Source of the DNA: Chiloscyllium plagiosum
Lineage: Eukaryota
NCBI RefSeq assembly: GCF_004010195.1
Contig: NC_057719.1
Location: 57,330,246 to 57,394,245 of the forward strand
Length of the DNA: 64,000 bases
Direction of reading: 5' to 3'
Below are positions 49,932-63,246 of the stretch, piece after piece. The position numbers were made by a program, and so were the translations under genes. The notes beneath the pieces are model-generated. The model did no database searches. It saw only the letters and a program-made list of their open reading frames with translations, and was not told the DNA's origin. Numbering within the stretch: position 1 is the first letter of the stretch; every line of letters begins with the position of its first letter.

Positions 49932-52280
49932 CATAGAACATTGCAGTGCAGTACAGGCCCTTCAGCCTTCGATGTTGCGCCGACCTGTCATACAAATCTG
50001 AAGCCCATCTAACCTACACTATTCCTTGTACATCCATATGCTTGTCCAATGACGACTTAAATGTACTTAAAGTTGGTGAATCTACTACCGTGCAGGCAAA
50101 GCATTCCATACCCTTACTACTCTGAGTAAAGAAACTACCTCTGACATCTGTCCTATATCTATCACCCCTCAATTTAAAGCTATTCCCCCTCGTGCTCGCC
50201 GTCACCATTCTTTGAAAAAGGCTCTCTCTGTCCACCCTATCTAACCCTCTGATTATCTTTATGTCTCTATTAAATCGCCTCTCAACCTTCTTCTCGCTAA
50301 CAAAAACAGCCTCAAGTCCCTCAGCCTTTCCTCGTAAGACNNNNNNNNNNNNNNNNNNNNNNNNNNNNNNNNNNNNNNNNNNNNNNNNNNNNNNNNNNNN
50401 NNNNNNNNNNNNNNNNNNNNNNNNNNNNNNNNNNNNNNNNNNNNNNNNNNNNNNNNNNNNNNNNNNNNNNNNNNNNNNNNNNNNNNNNNNNNNNNNNNNN
50501 NNNNNNNNNNNNNNNNNNNNNNNNNNNNNNNNNNNNNNNNNNNNNNNNNNNNNNNNNNNNNNNNNNNNNNNNNNNNNNNNNNNNNNNNNNNNNNNNNNNN
50601 NNNNNNNNNNNNNNNNNNNNNNNNNNNNNNNNNNNNNNNNNNNNNNNNNNNNNNNNNNNNNNNNNNNNNNNNNNNNNNNNNNNNNNNNNNNNNNNNNNNN
50701 NNNNNNNNNNNNNNNNNNNNNNNNNNNNNNNNNNNNNNNNNNNNNNNNNNNNNNNNNNNNNNNNNNNNNNNNNNNNNNNNNNNNNNNNNNNNNNNNNNNN
50801 NNNNNNNNNNNNNNNNNNNNNNNNNNNNNNNNNNNNNNNNNNNNNNNNNNNNNNNNNNNNNNNNNNNNNNTGGAATGAGCTGCCAGAGGAAATGGTGGAG
50901 GCTGGTACAATTGCAACATTTAAGAGGCATTTGGATAGGTATATGGAGGATAGTGGGTTAGTGTAGTTTAGGTGGGCTTGGATCGGCGCAACATCGAGGG
51001 CCCAAGGGCCTGTACTGCGCTGTATTCTTCTATGTTCTATGTTCTAAATGCCTTGCTGAAATCCATACACACCACATCAACTGGTTTACTCTCATCTACC
51101 TGTTTGGTCACCTTCTCAAAGAATTCAATAACGTTTGTGAGGCACGACCACCTACCCTTCACAGAACCATGCTGACTATCTCTAATCAAACTATTTTTTT
51201 CTAGATGATTACAAATCATATCTCTTATAACCTTTTCCAACACTTTACCAACAACTGAAGTAAGGCTCACTGGTCTATAATTACCAGAGTTGTCTCTACT
51301 CCCCTTCTTGAACAGGGGAACCACATTTGCTTTCCTCCAGTCTTCTGACACTATTCCTGTAGACAATGATGATTTAAAGATCAATGCCAAAAGCTCGGCA
51401 ATCTCCTCTCTGGCTTCCCAGAGGATCCTAGGATAAATCCCATCCGGCCCAGGGAACTTATCTATTTTCATACTCTGCAGGATTTCTAATACGATTCTGG
51501 ATCAATGGTGCTGGAAGAGCACAGCAGTTCAGGCAGCATCGAGGAGCTTCAGCAAAATCGACGTTTCAGGCAAAAGCCCTTCATCAGGAATTAAGGCAGA
51601 GAGCCTGAAGTGTGGAGAGATAAGCTAGAGGAGGGTGGGAGTGGGGAGAGAGTAGCATAGAGTACAATGGGTGAGTGGGGGAGGAGATGAAGGTGATAGG
51701 TCAGGGAGGAGAGGGTGGAGTGGATAGGTGGAAAAGGAGCTAAGCAGGTCGGACAAATCTGGACAAGTCAAGGGGACTGGAAGTTTAAAACTAGGATGAG
51801 GTGGGGGAAGGGGAAATGAGGAAGCTGTTGAAGTCCACATTTGATGCTCTGGGGTTGAAGTGTTCCGAGGCGGAAGATGAGGCGTTCTTCCTCCAGGCGT
51901 CTGGCGGTGAGGGAGCGGCGGTGAAGGAGGCCCAGGACCTCCATGTCCTCGGCAGAGTGGGACGGGGAGATGAAATGTTGGGCCACGGGGCGGTTTGGGG
52001 GCCTTGGATGGAGGTGGGGGAGGAGGTGTGGGCGCAGGTTTTACAGTTCCTGCGGTGGCAGGGGGAAGTGCCAGGATGGGAGGGTGGGTCGTGGGGGGGG
52101 CGTGGACCTGACCAGGTAGTCACGGAGGGAACGGTCTTTGCGGAAGGCGGAAAGGGGTGGGGAGGGAAATATATCCCTGGTGGTGGGGTCTTTTTGGAGG
52201 TGGCGGAAATGTCGGCGGATGATTTGGTTTATGCGGAGGTTCTAATACCTCTTCCTTGTGAACCTCAATCCCACCTAGTC
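49932..52280. mobile_element. Cluster of CR1 pieces: 3' end (-) 49932-50340, 3' end (+) 50871-51046, RT N-terminus (-) 51047-52280
   Basis: ORF 51037-51471 DKFPGPDGIYPRIL..WRKANVVPLFKKG..NYRPVSLTS..DFSKAF; (TTCTATG)n tail. Confidence 0.9.
51493..52239 (-). mobile_element. PLE family A 3' fragment with GIY-YIG core deleted; hammerhead motif at 51560-51587
   Basis: 9-bp TSD TTCTAATAC (51484-51492, 52240-52248); PCHRRNCKTCAH..IQGP joined almost directly to AQHFISPSHS; minus strand CTGATGA-A-GGGC-TTTT-GCCT-GAAAC-GTC. Confidence 0.9.
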
Positions 52281-52784
52281 TAGTCATTGAGAATCAACCA
52301 TGGAAACTACTTCCCTTAGAAACGAAAAACAGTGTGGAATTAACAGAATCAAATTTTGTATCTAAATTTTATAATCCATGTTGAAACCTGCACATGGAAC
52401 TCGCAGACAATATTGAATACAGGTACAAGGCTCCCTCCACCCCCTTCCCCACCTCCCAACCTAACCACACCAGTTGGAGAGCCAGCAGGGGCCCCACACC
52501 ACTTCTTTTAAGGAAGGCAAACACATTATGTGTAAATCAACTATTTAACTGGTTAGCAATAGACTTCCTCAAACTGAGATTAACCAGCAGGACTTCATTG
52601 CCTGGCAGCACCACTGGGGTGTGGGTATCTGCTGCTGGCAATATATGCACCCAAAGCTCAGCACTGTCTGAGACCCAGGCTTTTGCTGAGCAATGGTGGG
52701 ATGGTGTTTACAGAATGGGGATTGAGAGGCATTGGCACCAAAGCAGTGGGATGGCTATTAATTGTACCCACTTGCATTTGGAAA

Positions 52785-54220
52785 GAGAGTCATACATTCA
52801 TTTGGAAGGACAGTGTTTGATTAGGAGTAGTCAGCATGATTTTGTGTGAGAGACCATGCCTCACACATTTGTTAGAGTTCTTTGATGAAGTGAACAGGAA
52901 GGTTGACGCAGGCAGGACAGTAGATATAGTCTAAATGGATTTCAGTAAGGCTTTTCGTAAGGTTTCACATGGTAGGGTGCTCTGGAAGGTTAGATCGCAT
53001 GAAATCCAGGAGCTGGCAAGCTGGACACATAATTGGGTTGTTCGTAGGAAGCAGAGGGTAATCGTGGAAGGATGTTTGTCAGGTTGGAGGCCTATGACTA
53101 ATGGAGTGCCTAGTGGTTTTCATGGGTTTCTTGTAGGCTTTCAAGGGTGTCCCTCATTCAAAGGCACTTATTACCTGATCAAGGGATCTGGCATTAAGAA
53201 GTCTTATTGAGTCCTACAGCTCAGAGACAGGTTCTTTGACCCAAACTGGCGCATGCCAGTTTGGGTCAAAGTGGTTGTTGTTGGGCCCATTACTGTTTGT
53301 TATCTATATCAATGATTTGTCTGAGAATGTACAAGGCATGATTAGTAAGTTTACAGTTGACATTAAAATAGGTGACATCATGGACAGTGAGGAAAGTTAA
53401 CAGAAAATGGGTTGAAAAATGGCAAATGGAGTTTAATATAGATAAGTGTGAGGTCTTGCATTTTGGAAAGTTGAATCAAGGTAGGGATTTCATGGTGAAT
53501 GAAATGGTGGAGGGCTTTAAGGAATATAGTGGAACAGAGGGACCTTGGGGTTCAGATGCACGGTCCTCTGAAAGTGGAGTCACAGCTAGACAGGGCAGTG
53601 AAGAAGGCTTTTGGCATACTGGCCTTCATCAGGCAGGGCACTGAGTATAGAAGTTGGGAAGTTATGCTGCAGTTATACACAACGTTGATGAGGTCGCTCT
53701 TGGAGTATTGTGTTCAGTTTAAGTCACCTTGTTATAGGAAAGCTGTAATTAAACTGGAAAGAGTGCAGAATAAATTTACAGGGATATTGCTAGGACTCAA
53801 CAGTCTGAGTTATAGGGAGAGGTTGGACAAGCTAGGACACTTTTATTTAGCGTGTAGGAGACTGAGGGGGATCTTATAGAAGTGTACAAGATCATGGGAG
53901 GCATGTTTAGGGTGAGTGCACTCAGTCTTTTTCCCAGGGTTAGAGAATGAGAACTAGAGGGCTTCAGTTTAACGTTAGTGGGGAAAGAATAAAAGGGAAC
54001 CTGAGGGGCAACTTTTTTACACAGAGGGTAATACACACATATGGAATGAACTGCCAGCAGAAGTGGTTGAGATGGGTACATTAGCAACATTTAAAAAGCA
54101 TTAGGACAAATACATGGATAGGAAAGTGCTAGAAAATGGGGTTAGTGTGGACAGACATTTTGATCGGCATGCGCCAGTTTGGGTCAAAGAACCTGTCTCC
54201 GAGATGTAGGACTCAATAAG
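52785..54220 (+). mobile_element. CR1 RT and 3' end (older)
   Basis: MDFSKAFRKVSHG, RKQRVIVEG, KWQMEFNIDKCEVLHFG, LEYCVQF. Confidence 0.9.
53117..53271 (-). repeat. Inverted copy of 54166-54307 plus terminal hairpin
   Basis: ~140-bp reverse-complement match; CTTTGACCCAAACTGGC-GCAT-GCCAGTTTGGGTCAAAG perfect 17-bp stem. Confidence 0.92.
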
Positions 54221-54695
54221 ACTTCTTAATGCCAGATCCCCTTGATCAGGTAATAAGTGCTCTTGAATGAGGGACACCCTTGAAAGCCTACAAGAAACCC
54301 ATGAAAAGTTTGCGTTTTCAGCTTCCTGATTGGCAAACATCCACTGCTGAGTGAATATCAGCAGCAACAGCAGTGGAACGAAGCCCTCAAGTTGGTGTTA
54401 GTTGCCCACATAGGGGCCTCAGTTGGCAGCAAGGTGAGAAGACTGTCCATGATTCTTTCTACCCTGGACATGGGACAAATACAATTAGATGGCAAAGAGT
54501 CCCCTGCCATCAAATTCGCTATAGGCCAAAATATTAAATTCAGTCCCTTGTTTCTCCTTTTATCAATAGCAATGCGAGGAGTGGGAGTTGGTTCTTACTG
54601 CATGATTCATCCTGGAAACTTTGACACTAGGATAAGCGTGTATCTTATCCCTTGGCCTAGTTTCTCTTCATTCTGATTTACACTTGCTCAAGATA

Positions 54696-54913
54696 CAGGT
54701 CGTTCTGTTATTCCATGCGTTTTGCCAATGCAAATTCACTGTAACTCGATTGGCGAATTCGGGATACTGTTTCTATAACGCAAACTTTTAAACGTGTGTT
54801 GGCTGTAATGCGATTACAGTGCCAACACTTTAAGCGCTGTTTCTGAAGTGTAATTTTCCTGTAACATGGGACTGCACAAGATTGCAACCATCATGTTATA
54901 GGAGACTAGGCTG
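54696..54913. mobile_element. Old Tigger-like MITE
   Basis: TA|CAGGTCGTTCTGTTAT... and ...GTTATAGGAGACTAGGCTG|TG imperfect TIRs; internal CTATAACG/CTGTAAC repeats. Confidence 0.6.
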
Positions 54914-55473
54914 TGCGGCAGAAGAAGACAAGCACAACTGTGAATTTTTAAAGTTACACACTTCAGCTTTATTTTGAGAAAGTATTACAACAAAAACTTA
55001 AATGACTCTAATTACAGAATGAATATTTAGTAAACATAATTTTGCACGTGATGAATCAGATACTTCAAATGAAATGTTGCTCATTTTTAGTATATATTTG
55101 CAAAACATTCTAAATGGTTAAAGCAGCTGTATTTTTAATGTATAGACGTTTTCAGAGTAAACTGTTGGCAATCAGGAAAGTCAAACATTTAATGTGGGCA
55201 GTAAGTGCTGAGCAGCTGGATACTGAATATAAATAAGGAATTTGAGATTTTTATTTAAGAATATTTATTAGCTAGAAATAAAACTAAGCCGCAGAGATAT
55301 TTGATAAAGAAGAAAATATTTCAATTTATTAAATATTTTGAGTTTTTTTGGGTCTGACTATAAAATAAGCAGATGAAGCAAATAGTCATTTTGATGTCTC
55401 AAGTAAGTAGTTGTTTTATCCTTTTCTCTCCTGCATGAGAATGTGCAACCATCTATTTATTTTTTTTCATAAG

Positions 55474-55506
55474 AGGCGAGTTATCCAGCTATCTGCAACA
55501 AATAAG
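55474..55506 (+). other. Candidate 33-nt exon
   Basis: T-rich tract-AAG acceptor and AAG|GTAAGC donor; length is a multiple of 3; two open frames (RRVIQLSATNK or GELSSYLQQI). Confidence 0.3.
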
Positions 55507-57691
55507 GTAAGCACTGTTTGTTTCAATCAATAAATACTAGTGCCATATTTTCTGAAAAATCTTTTAGAAACTCATCTAAATCTTTGCAAGTCAATGTGAG
55601 TACCATGCCAAGGGATGCTTCATAGTCTATGTAGAAGTTCTGTGATAGATCACGCATGTGACTGCCAGTGCACTGAAATTGTAATTATTTGCTGAGGAAT
55701 TCAACCAGTCAAAAGACACTTGTATAACTACCTCACATATTCTCCTTTTGTCACTCTTCCTTTTTTAGCTAAAACTGATTTTAAAAAAACGTTTCTTTCA
55801 TTCTCTCCATCTCCAACCACTCCTTTTCATTTTTTCTCACTTAAGTTATTATTTAGTTTGAGCCAACATTTTATCACACTAAAACCTATTTCTTCCCATA
55901 CCCTTTTATTCCTTCTTACTCAATCCAGTTACATTATTTTCCTTTCAACTTGCTGCTCAATATTTTAAGCTGTATTATTATTTTACCGGCTTTTAATTAA
56001 CTATTTAGTCACTTCCAATGTATGGAAAGTGACATTTCCAATCTGTGTAGTTTTATGATCAACACATAAACACTTTATCCACAACAGTCCTTTTGTTGCA
56101 AACCAACATACCCCTAATGTATTGTGCAGATAGGACAATGCCAGTTATATGCAAAATTTTCAGTGGATATTCCCAGATTTGTATTCTACACAATGTGACA
56201 AGATTGGCTTTCTTCAATAGAAAACATTCATATACTTGCTATCTATTTATCTCCAATAAGAGGAACAGCTACCACTTTGTCTATAATTTGCCAGAATCCA
56301 CTTACTCACTGGATTTTTATCCAGTGTTTATTTACATTGTAGAAGGAGAAATCCCTACTATTTAGGGGATGAGACTTTTTTATAATTGGGGAATGATGCA
56401 TGTTCTTACAATTCTTTCCATAAGAGCATTTTAAACAAGTCTCACAATGACCTACAGCCCATCTTATGCATGAGCGATAAATAACAATGAGAGTTCTTGA
56501 CAACTCAGACATCAAGTGTGAATTTCAGCAGTTCCGCACACTTGGAAAAGAAGTCATTCAGTAAGCAATTAATTAATGCTCGTTAGCAGTTATCATTTTC
56601 GCTCTTTCGGAAGAGGTTTAGCAGGAAATAAATAAGCCATTTGCAGGTGGTGCTTTCAGCCTCAGTGCAATCAAATAGCTGAAAGAAGCTTCAGAACCCT
56701 TAGTTGTACTTCAAATCTCTTAGGGCAAATACTGATGGGAATAGAAGCACAGAAGGGGTCTAAAAGCTTCAGGTGTTAAACGCAGTGTTTGAGATCAGCA
56801 AGGGGTAAAATTTTATGGATTCCTCCAAACAGCTTCCCACTTCCAACAGTCACTTCTTGTGCTTTATTGCTGTGACAGTGACAAGTATTCTCTAAACTGG
56901 ACACTCAAGTGCAAACATGATCTGCAACTTAAACCTGGCAGAGCTACTCATTGCTGGCTGCTGTTTGAACTGAGCCATGACTGCAAATCAAAAAGCGCCT
57001 TGTGAAGGTGGTAAACACAGAGGAATGAACATTCTAGATGGCTAATGCATCATTTTTATGACACGTTGTGACTGATGAGTGTAGCTGATGTGGGTTTTTG
57101 ATAAGTGCCTCATCAGTATCCTCATCATGATCACGCAACTGTGCCATGGTATGTGCCCTGACTTGATTGTAATTGCCTGAATCTGCTCCTGCTGCTCAGA
57201 AGCACAGCCCAATATGCAATAAAACAGCAAGAGTTCAAGGTTAACTCTCTGAGCACTGAGGCACTGTATTTCCCCCAAAAACACCTTGATAATGTATTAC
57301 TTCAATACCAAAACAACTTGACCGAAAGTAAAGTATGTATTGGATATGTATTTTTCTGTGTGCTTTTGTACTGTTGGTGGTATTTGAAAATAAATGTTAG
57401 TTGAATTTTTATTGGTGCCATGAAATTGGCTATCATACTCGGTATCTAAAACTCAAAATCCCTTGCTAAGCAATCTAAACTTTGAGCTCTAATTAATGTG
57501 CAAAGGCAATGATTGAAATAGCTCCAAGGATTCCTTCTGAAGCAGAATTCCCATGAATCTTTCTCTTTTAAAAACATTCAAAGTAGTCCAACTGTTGTAG
57601 GTCTCCCAATAAAATCCCAAGCTGCACAATTTCAAATTTCAAACATGGAAAGAGAGATATCCAATGAGACTTTTCATTATCTTTTTTTCAG

Positions 57692-57749
57692 TTCCCATGA
57701 CGCTGAAGGAGTGGATGCAAGCTGTAAAAGACATTAAGAACTTAGCAAA
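57692..57749 (+). other. Candidate 58-nt exon
   Basis: Strong acceptor CTTTTTTTCAG, donor AAA|GTAATT; one open frame PMTLKEWMQAVKDIKNLA. Confidence 0.3.
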
Positions 57750-59149
57750 GTAATTTTTTTATTTTTAAAATCATTTTTATGTTGTAAAGGGTTTCTTTTC
57801 GTGCAGTAGCAGCAGTTTTAAAAAACATTTTACTCAATAGGTGGTCTTTTTATGTTCTTGGGCTTCAACAATCAGAAAAAGCAGGCCACCATGAATGTGT
57901 CAGAATCTAATGTTCTAAAGCAGGCAAGGACCATTCACTTTCTTTTGTTAATTGTTAGTTCCTGTAATGCCAGGTATTGTTCAAATCACAAATGTGGGAA
58001 CATTCTTATTTGACATTTTTCCATAAATAGATGCTGACTGAGAATGACCAGTCAGTGAGGCATCTTGTCAGGAGCAGGGAGGTACTGAAACCCTCTTGAA
58101 TGAATGACAGTTAGAGTAGCCAAAGAAATTGTGAATGCTTAAATGTCAAATAATTTAATATGGATTACCACTGCCAGATTATCTTTAAATGGACTTAAAG
58201 CTTTTAATAAAGTTCAAACATAATTTCCCCTTAGTTATTAATGAATTTTCTAACCAAATACAATAACTTAGCTCTGGTTAGACCACTTTTCATAATATTT
58301 GAAAACATTCTACTGTCAATAGAGTCTTATAAATGCGTATACTTATTTATTTCTTTAAACATTTAACTGACTGGCATTTTGTTGAGAATTTAACTTACAA
58401 TGACAAACTTTGGTTTATTTTATGTTTATTAATTTAAAAATAACTGACTGGAAATATGGAGCAACATTTTAACTATTTTCAATGTAATAATGGCAGGAGA
58501 AACAATCTGCAGTTACTGATATTCACCCACTTGTACACGTCAATTTTGGGATAAAGGAAAACTACCAAAATTTGATGCAGCAGTGACTTGGGATTTTTCA
58601 CTGTATTAAAAATTCTATCTTAATACAAATTGCTGTAATATGCAATGGTTCTAATATTCTGCAACTCAGTTACATTTTTGGGATTCTATTTATTTGGTCA
58701 GGATTGGATTAGATCTGTTTAACGTACAAAGGATACGGTGGGATGGTCTCACAGTATGCTTCATTTATTAAAGTATTAATTCCTCACAGCTACTTTTCCA
58801 TTATGTGGCCAACAACTTTTCTATTTCAAATGTTGATTGGGATGATTAGGTGGGACTCAAATTGGATAGTCAAAGTATGTGATTTTGAATGCCATATCAG
58901 TTTTGATGCAATGGGAGTTGTTCAGAGCCTTCCATGGCAGTTTGCACCTTGATATATCATGAATGTAATTTATTAAACCTAATGAAGAGAGTGCTGGTTA
59001 AGGCCTGAGCTAACCAAACAATGCAGGTGCTTTTGGCTTCCATTCATGTGCTGATACTTGACACATATTTACAATAATTTTCTGCAGCTCATTTGGTTTG
59101 CCTCTGTCTCTTTGTATGTTCCTGCACTAATGTATGCAACTTACCGTGC

Positions 59150-59520
59150 CTTAACTTAGTGTCATTTGCAAACTTTTAGCACAACTGTCTATTCCTTTAC
59201 CCAAGACACTGATATATATGCTGAGCAGCTGAGGCCTCCCTACAAATCCATGGAGAACACCACTCATCTCATCCTACTAATCAAAATACATGCCCTTTAT
59301 CCCAACTCTCTGCCTTCTTCTTCCCAAGCAATTACCAACCCATATCACAAGGATATAGCCAATTCTATGCGTTTTTCTTTAGCTAATAATCTCTTGAGAC
59401 TTGACCTACACTTAACAAATAGATACTGAATCTCTTTTATCAGTTCATGCTTGTCCAAGTGCTTTATCCTGTTGCTGAGGATAGACTGCAGTATTTTCCC
59501 ACATCAATTAAAGGGGAACA
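59150..59520 (-). mobile_element. Very old CR1 RT remnant
   Basis: Minus strand KFANDTKL (decayed KFADDTKL) and RRQRVGIKG. Confidence 0.6.
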
Positions 59521-60741
59521 CTTACAAGGATCACCTATTAAGAAGATACCTTCTATATGAACTAAATAAAAGCAATGGGGCAAAACACATCAAATAAACT
59601 TGCATCATACACTGCAGAGATTTTTAAAAACTGGACTGAATGATAGCAGAATATGTTCTTAGTATTTATTTGATATTGAGAAGATTAAAGTTGTTGTGGA
59701 TCTTGACATATGGCTAGGGCCAATGCCAATGATTTATTTGGCAAGAATACTGGCATCTGTGGAAATGGATGTGGTGTGTTAGAGATGTATTTCAGGGTTA
59801 GCCAAACTTGCCTGGTCACTCTCATTTCTCTCTGAGTAAGGAAGCCTCTCTGATTGAGTTTATTATTTCTCCTTTCTTCCCTTTCACACCTGTCTCTTTC
59901 ACAAGGTAAAGTTATGTAGGTTACAGCAGACAAAAATAATCATGGACATCTTAACAAGATTTATCACAGTACTGGCTTTTTCTTTCTAATTATCATACTC
60001 ACTGCTTTTGTCATGTTTACCATGCATTACTCATTATTTATTTTCCCTAACCATCATGTGAAATGTATTGTGAAATAAGTTGACCGCCCATGCACATGAA
60101 AATTAAATAAGAACAGGGCCTGTCATTTGTGAATTAATTTACATTTATTACATCTTGTGTACAGCATTCCATGTAATCTTATACATTTTCAGTTAGAAAA
60201 CTGTTGAGTTTTTAAAAAATGCTTTTTGTTAGAAACCCCTGTACCTCTTTATATCCCCTTCCAGTTTGTGTGCAACTTTCAAACTTGCACTTCAAGTTTT
60301 ACTTTACAAACAAAACCTTAACCTTTTATTGATGGTGAAGGACTGGGAGATCTTGTCCTGCTTTCCATTTAATTTGCGATCCCTCAACTTGATGTTCGCC
60401 TCCACTCATTCTCAGTCACTACCTGCAGAGACCAGCTGTTGCTGTTACCAACAGCCCATGAATTGCTGCTGAGTCTCATCACAGAAATATTTCTTCAGAA
60501 AGTCTGGCCCATATACTGCTGTGTGCAGCTGTTATTTTTGTATCCCTCTTTTATGCACAAGAACCAAACGTCTGTTAGCATATTGACCCAAGCGAGAAAT
60601 GAAGTTGATCAGGATTTCTGTGGAGCTAAAAATGTTGAACATATTGAATCTAGTGGGGTGGGCTCACAGTAGGGGTTAATCCGTTAAAGTATTAATTACT
60701 CACAGATACTTTCCCATTTTTAGGCCATGCTACAATTATTA

Positions 60742-60910
60742 AAAGCAAAATAATGCAGATGTTGGAAATCTGAACCAAACACAGATGTTGCTGAAGAAAC
60801 TCAACATGTTTACAGCATCTGTGAGGACAGAAACAGGGTTAATGTTTTTTGTCCAATATGACTCTTATTCAGAATTGGTTCTGAAGTTTCTCCAGCATTT
60901 TCTGTGTTTA
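60742..60910 (-). mobile_element. Old fold-back PLE-terminus remnant (family D-like)
   Basis: TGCAGATGTTGGAAATCTGAA..GCTGAAGAAACTCAAC..CAGCATCTGTG with short inverted arm GTTTCTCCAGCATTTTCTGTG. Confidence 0.55.
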
Positions 60911-60989
60911 CTACAATCATTTGATTTGTGATCTCAATCAAGAATATATTTCTTTGATGGAGAAAGTGGTTCACGGCCAAAAAAAACTT

Positions 60990-61340
60990 TTAAAATGTCC
61001 CTGTTAAGTAAATCACCAGCCAACATGTACACAGCAAAGTCTCACAATCAGCAATGAATTAATAGGCAGATAACGTTTATTAGTGAGATTGGTCAAGGGG
61101 TAAATATTTGGTGAGATTGGTCAAGGGGTCAGTAGGGAGCATACCACTGATCTTTGAAAGAATGGCATGGGTTGTTTTACATCTTAGTGAACAGATGGGA
61201 TTTTGGTTTAATGTCTCAACCAAAATACAGCACTTTCAAAAGGGCAGCATTTCCCCAGCACTGCTGAAGTGTAAGTCTGGCTTTTGTACTCCAAATTCGT
61301 GTGACAAAGGCAACAACCTGAGCATGGCAACATTTTATTA
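60990..61340 (-). mobile_element. Deu-domain SINE remnant (SacSINE1/AmnSINE1-like)
   Basis: GGTTTAATGTCTCAACCAAAATACAGCACTTTC..GCAGCATTTCCCCAGCACTGC resembles the Deu-domain as recalled; internal 19-bp duplication GTGAGATTGGTCAAGGGGT. Confidence 0.6.
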
Positions 61341-62149
61341 GATTGGCCTATTTATAGCTGTCTTGCTTCATAATTCTTCAGTCCCTATATGTTTCCTTAA
61401 TCCCTTTATTGACCTGAAAATTTGGCCTACTGACTGTGAAAGTAGAGGGAATTGGAATCTGTCCTTTCTCCTTTCAGAATATATTCTAAGTGTGGTATGC
61501 AATAAAACTTCAAGGCTGCATTATTTCAGATTAAATAAATTCAGCAAGGAATGCTGTGTTAAACCATACATAGTTACCATTCATATTTTACCTCAAGCTC
61601 GCCATTTCTAAAGTATCCTCTTTTGCTGAGAAGATCTGTACTCCTATTGTTTGGTCTATTTAAACCTATTCTATTCAACCATACCTTATAGAACCTTTGG
61701 AGCTTCCATTTAAGGTTATTAATGTAATATGATTTTGAGTATCATCTGAGTACCTAATGTGTCTTTTGTACAGTGAAACCAAGCTGGAGGTACCACTCTA
61801 GTGTATGCATTATACAAATAACAAGAGGTTAGCAGTGATTGATGGTCAAGATTATATTGTGTTTTATTACTCCTACCACCAAGAAATCAAATGCCCGGAA
61901 ATTTTACTTGCAACTAAAGCAGGCAAACAATTGAGTGGTTTAGCACTCATTTCAAACACATGCTGATATTGGACTCAGGCCTCATTTAAGGACAACTGTT
62001 GAGCGATGAGCACTCCATTGTAGTCCTATGAAGTTAATCTTCATGCCCATAATTAACTACCATAGAAATAGTTGACAAAATACCATATCATTTTACCTCA
62101 GCGTTATTGAGCTTTTAAACAACCCTACTCCCTACAGGAGTTTTTTTGA

Positions 62150-63240
62150 GGACATAACTAGTACAATAGATGAGGGAGAACCAGTGGACGGTATTTGAAT
62201 TTTCAGAAATATTTTGATAATATGCAAAAGCAAAATTCACAGGATCCGAGGTAATGTACAGGCATGAACTGATAAATGGTTAGCAGACAAGAAACAGAAA
62301 ATAGGAATAAATGGGTCAATTTCATAGCCGAAGATAGTGACATGTGGAATAATGTAGAGATCAGTGCTTGGACCCCCAGCTATTCACAGGATAGATCAAC
62401 GATTTGGATCAAGAAATTAAATGTAATATTTCCAAGTTTGCTGGTGACACAAAACTAGGGGTGGGGGGTTATTGTAAGGAGTTTATTGAAAATGTAAAGA
62501 GGCTTTAGGATGATCTAGACAAGTTGAGTGTGTTGGCAAATGTGAAGTAGATGTAGCATAATGCGAAGTGTGGAGTTGTCCACTTTGGGAGGAAAAACAG
62601 AAAGGCAGAGTATAATTTAAATAATAGATTGGGGAAGGTAGATGCACAAAGGGACTTGAGTCCTTGGATATAAGCATGCATGTGCAGTGAGCTGTTAGGA
62701 AGGCAAATGATATAGAACAAAAATGGGAATTGCTGTAGAGACTCAGCAGGTCTGACAGCATCTGTGGAGAGAAAGCGGAGTCCAGTGTCCCCTCTTCAGA
62801 ACCCTTTGAACATCTCCAGCAATTCCTGTTCGTTTCATATTTCCAGCATCTGCAGTTCTTTGTTTTATTTTAAGGCGAATATGATATGTTCATTGTTAGA
62901 TGATGTGAGTAAAGAAGCAAAGAAATCTTACAGCAGTTGTGCAGGGTCTTCCTGCAATTTTCGTTTGTTTGCTGACAAAAAGATATATAGGCCATACAAA
63001 GAGTGCAGTAAAGGCTAACCAGACTGATTCCTAGGAAGACAAGCTTGTCAAACGAGGAGAGATTGGGATGACTGGGCCTGTCGTCGCAGGAGTTTAGAAG
63101 AATGAGAAGGGACCTCATTGAAATATATAAAATTCAGGCAAGGCTGGATAGACAGGACACAGTGATTGTTTGTCAAATGGCTGGAGGGGGCTAGATAAAG
63201 GGACCAGAGTCTCAGGATACATGGGAGGCCATTTCAGGCA
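62150..63240 (+). mobile_element. Old CR1 RT/3' remnant with a PLE family D fold-back insertion at ~62713-62871
   Basis: SKFAGDTKLG, KCGVVHFGRKN; insertion flanked by AAGGCAAATGATA / AAGGCGAATATGATA. Confidence 0.75.
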
Positions 63241-63246
63241 AAGATT

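Noticed and set aside
59145..59184. Minus-strand exon candidate with a GTAAGT donor
   Set aside because: It encodes KFANDTKL, a decayed CR1 RT motif
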